DNA of 64,000 nucleotides from Octopus vulgaris (lineage: Eukaryota), in NCBI GenBank assembly GCA_951406725.2, contig OX597827.1:83080001-83144000 (forward strand), read 5' to 3'. The position numbers and the translations under genes are program-made. This document shows positions 11,096-23,156 of this stretch, piece after piece. Below the pieces are notes generated by a model that was not told the DNA's origin, made no database searches, and was given only the letters and a program-made list of their open reading frames with translations. The first letter of the stretch is position 1, and the number at the start of each line of letters is the position of its first letter.

Positions 11096-11388
11096 TTAAC
11101 AGAATGAAATAAAAATCCAAGGCTGTGAAAGATTTCAGAACATTTATAAAGAGAAGGTCTTACAGCTGTTTGTGGGATATTTTATATATCCCTTCATCGG
11201 AGATGGTGTGGTTCTCTCACTTCACTCTCTATTTCACATCTTCTCTAGAATAACTATTGCTTAACCATTTTCTCACACCATCTCCGATGAAGGGATATAT
11301 AAAATATCCTGGAAACAGCCGTAAGACCTTCTCTTTATAAATGTTCTGAAATCTTTCACAGCCTTGGATTTTTATCTCATTCTCTTAA
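11096..11388. repeat. Inverted repeat (115-bp arms, 63-bp spacer) with hammerhead motifs
   Basis: Arms 11096-11210 and 11274-11388 are nearly perfect. Plus arm: TCT-CCGATGA-aGGGATAT-ataaa-ATATCCTg-GAAAC-AGCC-GTA-AGA (11281-11326). Minus arm has CAAAC-AGCT-GTA. Confidence 0.9.
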
Positions 11389-11427
11389 TGTTATAAATAT
11401 ATATTCATAAAAGAAGGAAAAAAATCT

Positions 11428-11510
11428 TAAATAGATTTTCTTTTATTGTCAGCACAATACATGTAAAAAATATACATATATTGCGCTGCCGGTAGAAGAA
11501 AATCTATTTA
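11428..11510. repeat. 83-nt imperfect hairpin
   Basis: TAAATAGATTTTCTT...CATGTA pairs with TACATAT...AAGAAAATCTATTTA. Confidence 0.8.
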
Positions 11511-11957
11511 TAATTTCATCTTGAAATTAGCTAATTCACAATTAATGTGGAGACTTTTTAAATATCTTCTCATTAGCCCACTTTCAATCACATTTATTTA
11601 TGGCATTTTTCGGTACCTTCATAATGTTTGTACATTAAATAAGTATGGAGGAGACAAGTCTTGTTTCAGCTTTCTCCCTTAAAATAAATAATGTTATATA
11701 TATATATATATATATATATACATGTTGTACATGGGGTAAAGGTGCTTGAAAGTTGTGGCTTTTTTGGTATGTTTGTTCCCAAACAGCACTTCTTTTAGTA
11801 CTGTCCACACTGACGGAATGGTACTGCCCAAGTCTCGAAACCATAATAATATCTGTGGGGCAGCTGATGATGGACCTATGTTGGATTGTTGGTATGGCTG
11901 TTTTTGTATATATGTAGAATAGAGTTATACAACATCCTTTTGATATATATGTGTATG

Positions 11958-12025
<68 letters not shown>

Positions 12026-12028
<3 letters not shown>

Positions 12029-12188
12029 CATAAATCCTTGAGTATAATCCGCATTTTTCCCCCAAAATTTAAAGGTTAAAATCCCTAGTGCGTACTATAT
12101 ACGAGGTTAAAAATGAAAAATATTTTCTAAGCAATGTCCGAGTCTCTATTTGCACTCCGGCAATGTTTATTCAGACGCATTTTGTGAT
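12026..12188 (+). mobile_element. DNA transposon end (pogo/Tc1-like TIR), truncated
   Basis: TA-CCATAAATCCTTGAGTATAATCCGCA start right after a (TG)n tract; no partner TIR found. Confidence 0.45.
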
Positions 12189-12189
12189 G

Positions 12190-12762
12190 TCAAGTGTGGA
12201 AACAAGGATCAGAATCGAAGGGCCTTAGAGTCAACCTAGCTAAAACCAAAGTCCTATTAAGTAGGAAGGCAGGCAAACCACATATCCCTTCAGGTAGATG
12301 GCCCTGCTCAATCTGTAGAAAACCTAGCTTCCACACCCGAAATTTCTTTTCTAATTCTGGTAGTGATTCTGCTATGAGGGCCAGGTCATCAGAAAAGAGG
12401 AGCTCCCAGGGGCAACCTGTCTTGAATTCCCCTGTTATTACCTGGAGGACTATTATGAATAAAAGGGGACTGATCGGATTGGAGCCTGGTGCAGCCATCT
12501 GGTTCCCCAGTCCTCAGTCAAATCGTCCAACCCATGCTAGCATTTATCATAGTCCTCCAGGCAATAATGGAGGAATTCAAGACTGAATACCCCTGGGAGC
12601 TCCTCTATGCTGACAACCTTGCTCTAATTGCTAAGTCACTATCAGAACTAGAGGAGAAGTTTCAAGTGTGGAAACAAGGATCAGAATCGAAGGGCCTTAG
12701 AGTCAACCTAACTAAAACCAAAGTCCTCATAAGTAGGAAGGCAGGTAAACCACATATCCCTT
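12190..12762. mobile_element. Rearranged RTE reverse-transcriptase fragments (+/-/+)
   Basis: PWELLYADNLALIA...GLRVNLTKTKVL on plus (the GLRVNL part is duplicated at 12190-12322) and SPLLFIIVL...PWELLFSDDLAL on minus (12325-12475). Confidence 0.85.
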
Positions 12763-13479
12763 CACTTGTAATGTGTTTTTCTCTCCCCAAATCTCATGCT
12801 TGTGATGGCTATCTTGAGTTACTAGCGGATGAATCTAGTTTTTGTTTTGAAGTAGTGGCTATTCAGCAGTTCTTAAACATGTTGCACCTCTTGGATTCTT
12901 TACCTGTTATAGAATCCAAGGAATTGTTAGTTAAGGAAATGAAGACATGTGTGTAAGCTGGATATCCAAGTGCTTTTCTGAGGTTCTAAAGCTGAGGGCT
13001 GTACATCTGTGTGCATTGCATTTGTCCTATATGCAAAGTGAAAGTATTTTTAATTTAGAGGGAACATAGAGATTTGTTGTGGTGTTAGTCTGTTGTAGGT
13101 GATATTTTCCAACTGGGTAGAATAAATTTGTTTCCAAGGAAACATCTGGTAAATAAGTGCTCTCAAATTTAGATATGGTGTTCTTTCTGCCATAAAAAAA
13201 AAAAGCTGTGTTTCTTGAATCTGGTCAAGTATGGCATTGAGCTTCCCAAAATCCTCCGCCTGATGCTGCCAGACATAGTTTGCTAACATCATAGTGTTCG
13301 TTAGTGTGTCTAATTGATAACTTACTATAAAATCTTTCCTTGGCTTCACCGTCACACATACCAATCTACTTTTTGTCATTTACTGTTTGGTTTGGCACGT
13401 TTAGGGGACGGGACTCCTTTATATATTACAAGCTCAATGTTGCGTGCCTGATCTGATTGTGCATATCTGAGGGTGGTCA

Positions 13480-14160
13480 CTATTGAGGGAAGGAGTATGG
13501 GAGGAGGAAAGGAAAGGGATTAGTGTGATTGGTTAATGAGAAAAGAAGGGACAACATTGTAAGGGTGATGAAGGTTGAGTAGACTGGGTGCAGGTCTATC
13601 TCACATTATTGCGGGGGAGGGAATATAAATGGAAGGCCGGGGAGGGGGGGAACAGTATGAAAGAGAAAAACAACAGATGAGGATGGCAAAGGACCATAGA
13701 AAGTCCTTGAAAGAGGAGTGTCATGAATGGGTAGGTGGAAAGAGAGAGATAAGAGGGTGTTGAGGTGGCAGAGAAATGTAGGTAGAGAAAGGGAGTAATG
13801 GCTGGCAGTGGATGAGTGAGAGAACATCACTAGTGCTAAGATGAGACATGATTGATGTGAGTGAGGAAATGGATAGAGGAAGGGACGGTAGGCAGAGGCA
13901 GAGCGATGAAGGGGAAGGGGCAATAGAATCTCTAATACAAAGGTTGAGTGAAGGATGGTAGAGTAGAATGATTGGGTGGTATACAGGGTGGCCAGTCACA
14001 GTGTGGTGGGGGACATAAGTGAGAGAGGGGTATGAGTGAGAGAGAGATGAGATGATTGAAGTGAATAAGACAATGGATGAAAGAGGGGAAAATGATTAAA
14101 AGGTAGATAAGAAGTGGAGGTTTGGGGGGTGCAAAGGGTAGCAGGAAATATAAGCTTGGC
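13480..14160 (+). repeat. Purine-rich (GA) low-complexity block
   Basis: Strong G/A strand bias. Similar blocks at 43830-44460 and 46480-46740; pyrimidine-strand versions at ~6000-6230 and 28780-29130. Confidence 0.7.
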
Positions 14161-16187
14161 AGGATATAAATATATACACACTTGCATGCATAAACATGCA
14201 TTTGTGTAAATATACACTCTCTCTCTATCTCACACACACACACACACACATACACATACAAGATGGGCTTCCTTCAAATTCTATCAAGCAAATTTACTCA
14301 GAAGGTTCAGGTCAGTTCAGACACCTCTGGACATGCCTTGGGCAGCTCTTATTAACTGTTTGTCTACCCCTAGCTTCTAGGGAACCTGTTGAGGTCCTTT
14401 TCCAGGTTGAAAAATGCCAAGTACAACAGTTAGCTTTTGGTTAAATACTTCTCCTGCATTTGTCTTATTCAAAAGAGAGCATCAGTCGTACTTTCCCAAA
14501 CTGCATCTCATCTAACCTAATTCTCTTCCAAGTTAGTTGAGCTATAACTCTTTCTCTAATTTTCATGACCCAGAAATATATCATCATCATCAATAGCATT
14601 ATTTTGTTTGTTTTCCAACTTGGCCTAAGTTGGATGGGTTATCATGACCCAAGTCCTCTCTCAAAGTGCTCAAACATGTCATTTGGCTTCGTTCCTATGG
14701 TCTGATGCCCTTCCTGCTGTCACCAACCACTTCAGATGAGGACACTCAGTGCACAGAAGTAGCAGAAACGTGTCTGTTTACATTACAAGTCTCTACATTC
14801 TTATATATCCCAACAACCAAATACTGAACTAGCTTTCATTCTTGCAAAATCAACTCAGAATACCAGTAATATACTGGTATCAGTTCTATTCACTCTAGTA
14901 ACCACCATCTCAAATGTCAACATAAAAACTCATCAATATCATCATATTGTCAATTCTTGGTTATTTTTACAAGATTTCCAAAGTTCACATATTTTCTTCT
15001 AGTATTTACAAATTATATTTTCATAAAGAAACAACCTAAACTCTCTCCCCCCACCCACAGATATGTGAGAGAATATATCTTTCAATATGTATGTTTAACA
15101 CACACACACACCTGCACAAACATATATACATCACAGTATTAAACTTGTTACTGTTAGCAATCATATATGGTAATCATTATTGATAACCTGTGTCTGTGAT
15201 GTCAACAGTGTAATATTTGCAGTAAACAACAGAGTACAACACACACACACACACGTGTGTGTGTGTGCGTGTGTTGTACTTTCTACAACAAAGTAAATAC
15301 CACCCCAAGTATGAGAAACTTACTTTTTGGGTTTGTCATCGGCCTATGGAGGACTAGCAGCATGTATAAAAGAATAAATATAAATGTAAATAAAAATATA
15401 AAACTGAAGGAAACATCTCTGAAAATCAAATTTGCCAATATTTCTACAACCCTTTTGCTTTCTTTCAGTTCCAACAATTTTACACCAGGTGTTCCATCTA
15501 AACGACCCTAACAACAACAGCAGCCACCATGGTCCCTCACAAACATCCAACTTGTGTATAAAATAGATAAAGTTGAGGCCAGAAGCAAAAGGGGAAGGGA
15601 AAACAGTAGGGTTAGGATAATGATCTCTTGCCTATAAATGAAGAGTGTTCTTTGAGATGTCAATATTAAAAGCCATCTCCTATGACACTCCTTGATCTTG
15701 TCCTAGTACCATGTCTACATAACCTTCCTCACACAACACAGCCACCAGACTAACTCAAATATGACAGTTACTTTCATCAAATCTAACTGGCTTCCTGCAA
15801 AATACAACATAATTAGTTTTCACTAAATCTCAAGAAAAATGTCTAGAGAAATTTTGTTCTGTTTATGATACAGAAGAAAACTTTAAATAACAAACTGTCC
15901 ATGAGATGACACTGGAGGAGATGACAGAGGGCTGAGATTGCTGTGCTCAACTAGACCTGCCCACCACAACAAAATTGAGATCCTAAAACCAAGGTGCTAC
16001 ATAAAAAGTATTGGTGTGTGGGCTGGGGCCATGTGAAAAGCACCCAGTACACTCAGTAGAGAGACTAGGATGAGGAAGGGCATCCAGCCAAAACAGGCAG
16101 TGGAATGTGGCCTTGCCAGTTCCTGTCAAGCCATCCAACCCATGCCAGTATTGAAAATGGATGTTAAATGGTGATGATGTTGCTGTC

Positions 16188-16630
16188 CCATGTCACACTA
16201 ACATTCTACTATCGTATGTCATTGTAACATATCACTGTACCATGACAATGTAACACAGTACAGTCCCATGTTGTAGTAACACAGTGTTTCATGTCAAGGT
16301 AACCTAGTACTGTCTCATTTCATTGTAACACACTACTGTGTCATGTGGAGACACATGGCTTAGTGGTTAGGGTGTTGGACTCCTGATTGTAAGCTTGTTG
16401 TTTCGTGGACTGGGCGATGCACTGTGTCCTTGAGCAGAACACTTCATTTCACGTTGCTCCAGTCCACTCAGCTGGCAAAAATGAGAAATCCTGCAATGGA
16501 CCAGTGTCCCCCATCCAGTTGGAGAATTCATACACCATGGAAACCAGGAAACTGACACTTGTGAGTCAGCATGAGTCAAGAAGTTTACCTTTACTATTGT
16601 GTCATGTGATGGTAACACAGTACTATCGCT
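16188..16630 (+). repeat. Degenerate ~26-bp minisatellite interrupted by a tRNA-SINE
   Basis: About 7 units of ATGTCATTGTAACACAGTACTGTCYC-like sequence; the array resumes after the SINE at ~16593. Confidence 0.75.
16348..16592 (+). mobile_element. tRNA-derived SINE with target-site duplication
   Basis: A box TGGCTTAGTGG and core GTGTCCTTGAGCAGAACACTT, flanked by ACTACTGTGTCATGTG / ACTATTGTGTCATGTG. Confidence 0.8.
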
Positions 16631-17744
16631 TTCCATGGTAATGCTGCATGGTCCAACATAAAGATCCCATTTTATGACACAACATGCTCACAAAGAACTG
16701 TTTCCATTCTATAATACGTGAGGTTTGCTTCTGCTAAAATTGGTCGTACGTTAATATTTTTATTTTTAATCAGCTTTTCTATTCAGTTAAACAACTGTAG
16801 TGTTGTAAACCTTAGTAACATCAAAACAAAAAAACCAACAACATAATGGTCTAAGATTATTTTCTAAGACATGATACCCTGGATGATGAAATTGCTGAGG
16901 TTTCCATGTCTGGATGAGTTGAATTACGGAGAAAATAGCAAAGTTAAATATAGTAGGGGCTGGAGGTTTGCTTTCTATGTAACAAGACAGGAAACCTGTT
17001 GTTGGTGTCAACAGAGGAGGATGGTAATTTGTTGTGAGGAGAAGCATTTGGAGGACAAATGCCTGTCACATGAATGACGCTGAGTATCATCAATAATACC
17101 ATACTCCTAGGTACACAATGACACTAATATATTCTAACAGTGTGTCATAGCATATTTATTTTTTCATATAGTTATTTAATCCCTAAAAGAGCAGAAGTCC
17201 TTTCATCAAAGACAGTCCAGTTGTGACCATCTGGTTTATTTACAACTACTTTATTCAGTGTGTCCTTTACTTTTTATAATACTAGGAATGATCGGTTGCT
17301 GTTTCTCACAGTTTGAATGACGAACTCTACAGAGATTCCTTCAATGTTTTGATGGTGTCTACATTATATAGTAATAGCAGCCAATACATATATATATATA
17401 TTCTGTATTGTTAGTAGTGTACAGAATGATAGTTACTATCATATGGTCCCATTACCTGTGATATTGTAAGTCATTAGTTAGTCACATAGTTAGGTCTGGG
17501 TTAGTTTCAAAACTTCTGCTTTACACCAAGATTTCATTGGCTAAAATATCAACATTTCTTTTCACTCATTTTCTCAACATCCTATTTTAAACTTTCACTT
17601 TCCAATGATAATTGCTCTATGTTGTCTCCTGATTACTTCTAGCCTGCCATCTACTATCACCATCATCAACACAAGTGTACCTTTTAGTAAAACACCCGCC
17701 TCTAGTCACTCAACATAATCCATTAACGTTAACAGTCGAAATCA

Positions 17745-18075
17745 CTCAAATGTAAAGGTGAGATCTTCTTTGATTGCAAGGACATTTGTTCATCATCATC
17801 AGACAATCAATAAAAGGTCTTATTTGGATGATGTGACACAGTTGAGAGAGGTAATGCAAAGAAAGAGGTCTGAGATACAAATAAAACCTAGATACTGCAC
17901 CCTGATAGAAGAGATCAAAGAAAATTTGACAAGAGAACTGTACACTACCCCCAAGAATTATAGTGTACAGACAACTGTACAGTACACTCATGTTCAACAA
18001 GCTGTTTCAAAACTGGGGGAAAATGTTGGGAGCAGTTTATTGATAGTCTGGGACGAAGGGCGATTTTGACTGTAA
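17745..18075 (+). mobile_element. Mariner transposase remnant
   Basis: INKRSYLDDVTQLREVMQRKRSE and RYCTLIEEIKENLTREL resemble mariner catalytic-domain segments joined by a deletion. Confidence 0.6.
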
Positions 18076-18917
18076 TAAGTCTGATTAAATGTAAGTAAAA
18101 CAAGAACTTAGATTTTTAAAAACTTTTGGTTTCTTTTGGAATAAATCCCATATATGTGTGTCATCGTCATCGTTTAACGTCCGCTTTCCATGCTGGCATG
18201 GGTTGGACGGTTTGAATGGGGACTGGCAAGCCAGGAGGCTGCATCAGGCTCCAATCTGATCTGGCAAGGTTACTACAGCTAGATGCCCTTCCTAATGCCA
18301 ACCACTCCAAGAATGTAAGTGGGTGCTTTTTATTAAATGTATTTAAGATTTTTTTGTACATCAACTTGGCCTTACTTGCTTGTCCTTATATTTGCTTCTA
18401 TATTTATTTGTGTGTGTGTGAAGCGTGAATGTGATTAAGCTTTTACTTCTACGGGGTCACTTTTGGCTTATATATCCATACATAAGACAATAAGACATGA
18501 TTTGAAGGTAATTTGATTACTATTTCTATCAGGTCAAGCTATCATGTAGAGGATTCCCTCATACCATATATACATGCATAAAACAAAACAGTATAGCTTG
18601 ACAGAGATTTGGTTACAATTTCTACTAAGTCTAGCTACCATGGAGACATCTCTTCAGTTGGCTCATGCATCAGGCCTGACAGAAGGATGTCATCTGAGGA
18701 AGGTATGCTTATCATTTCTATCATATCTCCTAACTACAAAGAGGATCTTGTGTTCTCCCTCTTGGTGACAATACCAAACCTACATTTTATTAAATTGGCT
18801 TCGTATTAACCACAGGAAACATCATCCTCAGCAGTGTTACCATTATTTTCTATGAGTATCTGAGTGCTGTATACAATATGCGTATCATCATCATCATTAT
18901 TATTGTTGTTGTTATTA

Positions 18918-19130
18918 AGGCTGTGAGCTGGCAGAATCATTAGCACACTGAACGGAATGCTTAGTGGTATTTCGCGCGTCACCATGTTCTAAGTTCAAAT
19001 TCCACTGAGGTCAACTTTGCCTTTCATCCTCTCAAGATCGATATAAGTACCAGTTAAATACTAGAGTCAATGTAATGGACTAACCCACTTCACCAATATT
19101 TCAAGCCTTGTGCCTATAATAGAAAGGATT
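18918..19130 (+). mobile_element. SINE with Meta-domain-like core
   Basis: GAGGTCAACTTTGCCTTTCATCC...AAGTACCAG core; further copies at 32150-32350 (-), 44850-45045 (-) and 50660-50815 (+). Confidence 0.75.
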
Positions 19131-19458
19131 ATCATTATTTCTTCCCCACAGAGTGGCCAACTTCAGTGTTCTGTATGTTTTGTTTTTAATGAGAGCGACA
19201 GGGAATGAGGAGGGAACTACTTCAGTTCAGCTACAGGCTACTTATCTAGGAGAGCAGGAACTCCAAAGAAGGATAGCAATATCACTGATGGCAGCTGAAT
19301 CAAGAAGGATTTATACAGAAGGAAGAATACAAGTGCTACCTGATTCTTACCTAATACAAAACTAGTTGCTCCAATCCAGCAAAGAAGGGTTTTAAAGTGA
19401 AGTATCTTCCTCAAATAAACACCAAATATATATATACATATATTCATATTCTCATATA

Positions 19459-19496
<38 letters not shown>

Positions 19497-19532
19497 GAAA
19501 CCAGTGAAATAAAGGTGACTATAAATACTAAC

Positions 19533-19902
19533 CTGCAACAACACTATCATATTTTTTCTTAAAGTCAGTCGTTAGTAGAGCTGTGTCTCCAGCTACAGTC
19601 GTGGCCAATTGTACTCCTCCACTTTCGCCAGCAGTTTGCATGTCAGCCATTTCCAGAGTAGTTGATGTGGGTGTTTGAGGATTAGCTGATGATGAAGATG
19701 ATGATGATGATGACGATGATGATGATGATGATGACGATGAGGTGGAGGAGGAAGTGGTGGTGGAGGAGGATGTTGTGGCAGAATGGCCTGAAGATGAAGA
19801 AGCTGCTGTGGCAGCATGGCCAGTAGATCCATGGATGTGAGCACACCTGTCAGGTGAGAGCATCTTGATGTCATCTGCCACTGTTACCTGCTTATCGATC
19901 AT
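19533..19902 (-). CDS. ER: Estrogen receptor (molluscan NR3) first coding exon: N-terminal A/B domain with poly-Ser
   Basis: ORF MIDKQ...KKKYDSVVA(G). Acceptor tttcAG at 19908-19907, 4 nt before the ATG (exon starts 19906). Donor GCAG|GTTAGT at 19533/19532, phase 1, splices in frame to the zinc-finger-1 exon. Confidence 0.85.
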
Positions 19903-21137
19903 CTCTCTGAAATTAAAGAAATTACAATGATAAGAGAAATATCTTAGTTGTAGGATCCTTCAAACAATATCATAATCTTACCAACAGTTGACCTGTGCAG
20001 GCCAGCTATTAGCTCAAAAGAACAACAACTTCCACATTTCAGAAAACAAAAAAATATTCATTTCTTTGTGTGAAACTAATATTGAAATAAAATATTGCAA
20101 TAAGTGTGAAAACACTGCTCCAATCATTTCTCAACTGAAAATTTCATAAAAGATAAGCTACAATGGTGGTGGTGATGGTCATGATTGGCTTATCAACTAC
20201 TGGTGCAAATATTTCTTGTATGATAGCCAGTGGTCCAGTTTATGTTGTAATTTAATAATTGAAGTGAAAAACATGGAAAAGAGGAGTTCCAAAGGGAAGT
20301 AGTTATAAGGAAGAAGGGTTGTATAGGGTTGGGGTGATGAAAGTGAGTATAGAAGATAGTAGGAGGTGAGTTGAAATAAAAAGAAAGAAAGTTTTGAAAA
20401 GGGTAATGGTTAACAAATGGTTCCTTATCGAAACAATCAAAACGACATGAAGAAGATATAAACTGCCAACGTATCACAACAAATCTGACCAGGAATAATA
20501 GGTTTTGTAGTGAATAATTTCTAAATATCAGTCGATCTCCCAAAACAAGCTAACTCTAATCACATTATCATCTTTAACAACAAACTGTCTCGTTTGTAAT
20601 ATGTTTCATCTCAAAATTTTGTCCATTATTTAATGACAGGAAGCACTTATTCTGGTAAACTTTTATGTCAGGTCAATGTGGTTGATTTATACATAATAGT
20701 AGTGTGGTGCCATGTGCTGTAGAAGATCCACAACTATCTAGAAAGTAAAATATTGTCTGAATCAAAAGAAACTTGTTAGAAACATAGATTGTAGTTTTGG
20801 TTATGCAATCTAACATCTGTAGTAAACTGAATCAACCGTTGTCTATAACCCCACTAGTTTTACTCACTGTTTATTGCTGTACAATGTTATATATATGTAT
20901 ATATGTATGTATGTGTGTGTGTGTGTACGCATAGATATAATTTCACTTATTGTTACGTCCATTTTTCCATGTTAGCATGGGTTACACAAATGTTACTGAG
21001 ATATTGTTTTACAACTGGTGCTCTCCCTGTCACTAACTCTTAACTGTTTCTCAAGTAATAGATCTCTTATCTCACAAGGTTTTGAAAGCACAAAGTGAAT
21101 GTATGACATAAACGGGGGAAATACCAACAGAACACTA

Positions 21138-21156
21138 TGACCTTTCATGACCTTCA
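21138..21156 (-). promoter_or_regulatory. Perfect DR4 nuclear-receptor element (AGGTCA-TGAA-AGGTCA) with ERRE extension TGAAGGTCA
   Basis: Plus-strand TGACCT-TTCA-TGACCT-TCA, 1.2 kb upstream of the ATG exon. Motif only. Confidence 0.35.
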
Positions 21157-21268
21157 AATAAGGGAGCATTAGATGTAAACAAACAAACACCTTTTTAATG
21201 ACAAGTGGAAAGACCATCCTAAGTGTCTGCTGATATGACTTCTATTACAACAATATTACTGCTATACC

Positions 21269-21315
<47 letters not shown>

Positions 21316-22383
21316 AGCAGTAATACAACACTATGGACAAGGAGACAAACAAAGCCAAAAATTAGAGAGAGAGAGATTATTTTCTATAAATAATCGGATG
21401 CCAGGCCTTCCTGATATTACATGGCAGAAGTCTCTAGAAAAAAAAATAGCAAAAACTAATGAGCAAAGTAAATGTAGTAAACTGTAAGCTTGGATGTTTA
21501 ACTCTTTCCCTACCAAATACTTGATTACTTCCCTTCACACACATATCAATGATGTATATGTACTTAATATACACTCTATTACAACACTTTACAGCAGCAG
21601 TGAATTTTTGTGTATTTTACAGTAATTTAGAGCTCATTAATATTAGAGCATATTGAAATATGTCAACTTTGACATATCAATTCCCCTTTTTTCTGTATTT
21701 TTCCTCTGTTGATCCTAAATCCTTATTATGTAATGCCAACATCTCAATATCTATCAATTCCCCAGTATTACAACTCAACACAATCTTATCATCAAAATTT
21801 ATAAAAGTCAATTTGTACACATCTTTTAGCAGTAAAAATATCCAAACTTTCCTGATGATTTTTGTTTTTAATGGATGGGGACCATTTTAGTTTTTCAATG
21901 GCTTTTTACCAGTGTGTTTAAGTTTTTTTATCATAGAGATGGTATGGAAGCACATACAGTGTATACTGTTGTCAGAAGAATATTCAATTATCCCAAACCC
22001 TTTTAAACAAGTAAAAAATGTTACCAGAAGTGGTAAATGGTGGAGCATCAAAATGAAGTTTTAGCACTGTTTCAGCTTGAATCATTTGGATGGCCATCAA
22101 TAATGGATGTTGAAAGTCCAAGGGATGACAGGATAAGGAAGGTAGAGATGAGGCCAGAAATAACAAGAAGTCTTTTAGAGGTGTCTGTTGAACAATGATA
22201 ATAGATCTAATAACACTAACACTATGCAATTATGCACATATATATGTGGTTAGGGTGTTCAGCTTATAATCATTAAGGCTGAATCAGGTAGCATGTTGTG
22301 ATCTGGAACATTTCACATTCTCCCCTCAAATATTACTAAAGTCACAGAAAACCATGAACACCACCACATCAAATAGCTATATA

Positions 22384-22793
22384 AGATTTAAATATATCAT
22401 TTTCAAACTAGCTACTGCTATTGTCTCAATGGTCCTGTGGGTAAAGACATAGCAACATATATACCCCTTGGACAAAGGATCAATCTTGGCCCATGGCCTA
22501 TACTGATTGTGGGTTTTTTTCTTCCCCTTTTTAACACATCTCTAGAGAAAAATAAAACTAAGTGAGATCATATCACAATCCCTACCCGAGACTGAAACCT
22601 CCATCTACCCCACAGTCTTGTCTGTCACCAAACACCCTTGGCCACAAGGCCAGTAATACTACTTACACAAAATATGAGATTTTTAAATCTATTCTAATGA
22701 TTGGTTATTGATTATATTTGTCTGATAGATTGAAATACATTATTTTCAAACTAGCTATTGCTGTTGTCTCAATGGTCTTGTGGGTAGAGACAT
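22384..22793 (+). repeat. Direct repeat pair of ~67 bp, 343 bp apart
   Basis: 22384-22450 and 22727-22793 share TTTTCAAACTAGCTAYTGCTRTTGTCTCAATGGTCYTGTGGGTARAGACAT. Confidence 0.85.
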
Positions 22794-23072
22794 GGACACA
22801 GCAACACGTCTCTCAAAATATCCCTTATATGATACATATTGCTTACATAGACTGAGGAACATTTCTTCGTATTCGAGAGATTTAGTGAAAACTGTATTAT
22901 GCTTCCACAATTTACCACTCTATCTGGTAAGCCTCCACTATTACTGTGTACTTCATCAACAACTATCAAAGAATGATATCAAATGGTTAACAAGAAAAAT
23001 TATACAAAAACAAGTCTGTTTAATTCTGTCGAATTATTGGAATGTTTCCAGAAAGATATCTCAAATGTGCTT

Positions 23073-23156
<84 letters not shown>

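Noticed and set aside
12780-13400. Possible retroelement ORF remnant (109-aa ORF)
   Set aside because: No motif I can recognise with confidence.
19593-19874. Alternative-frame poly-His/Pro ORF
   Set aside because: Shadow frame of the ER poly-Ser exon; does not splice in frame to the DBD.
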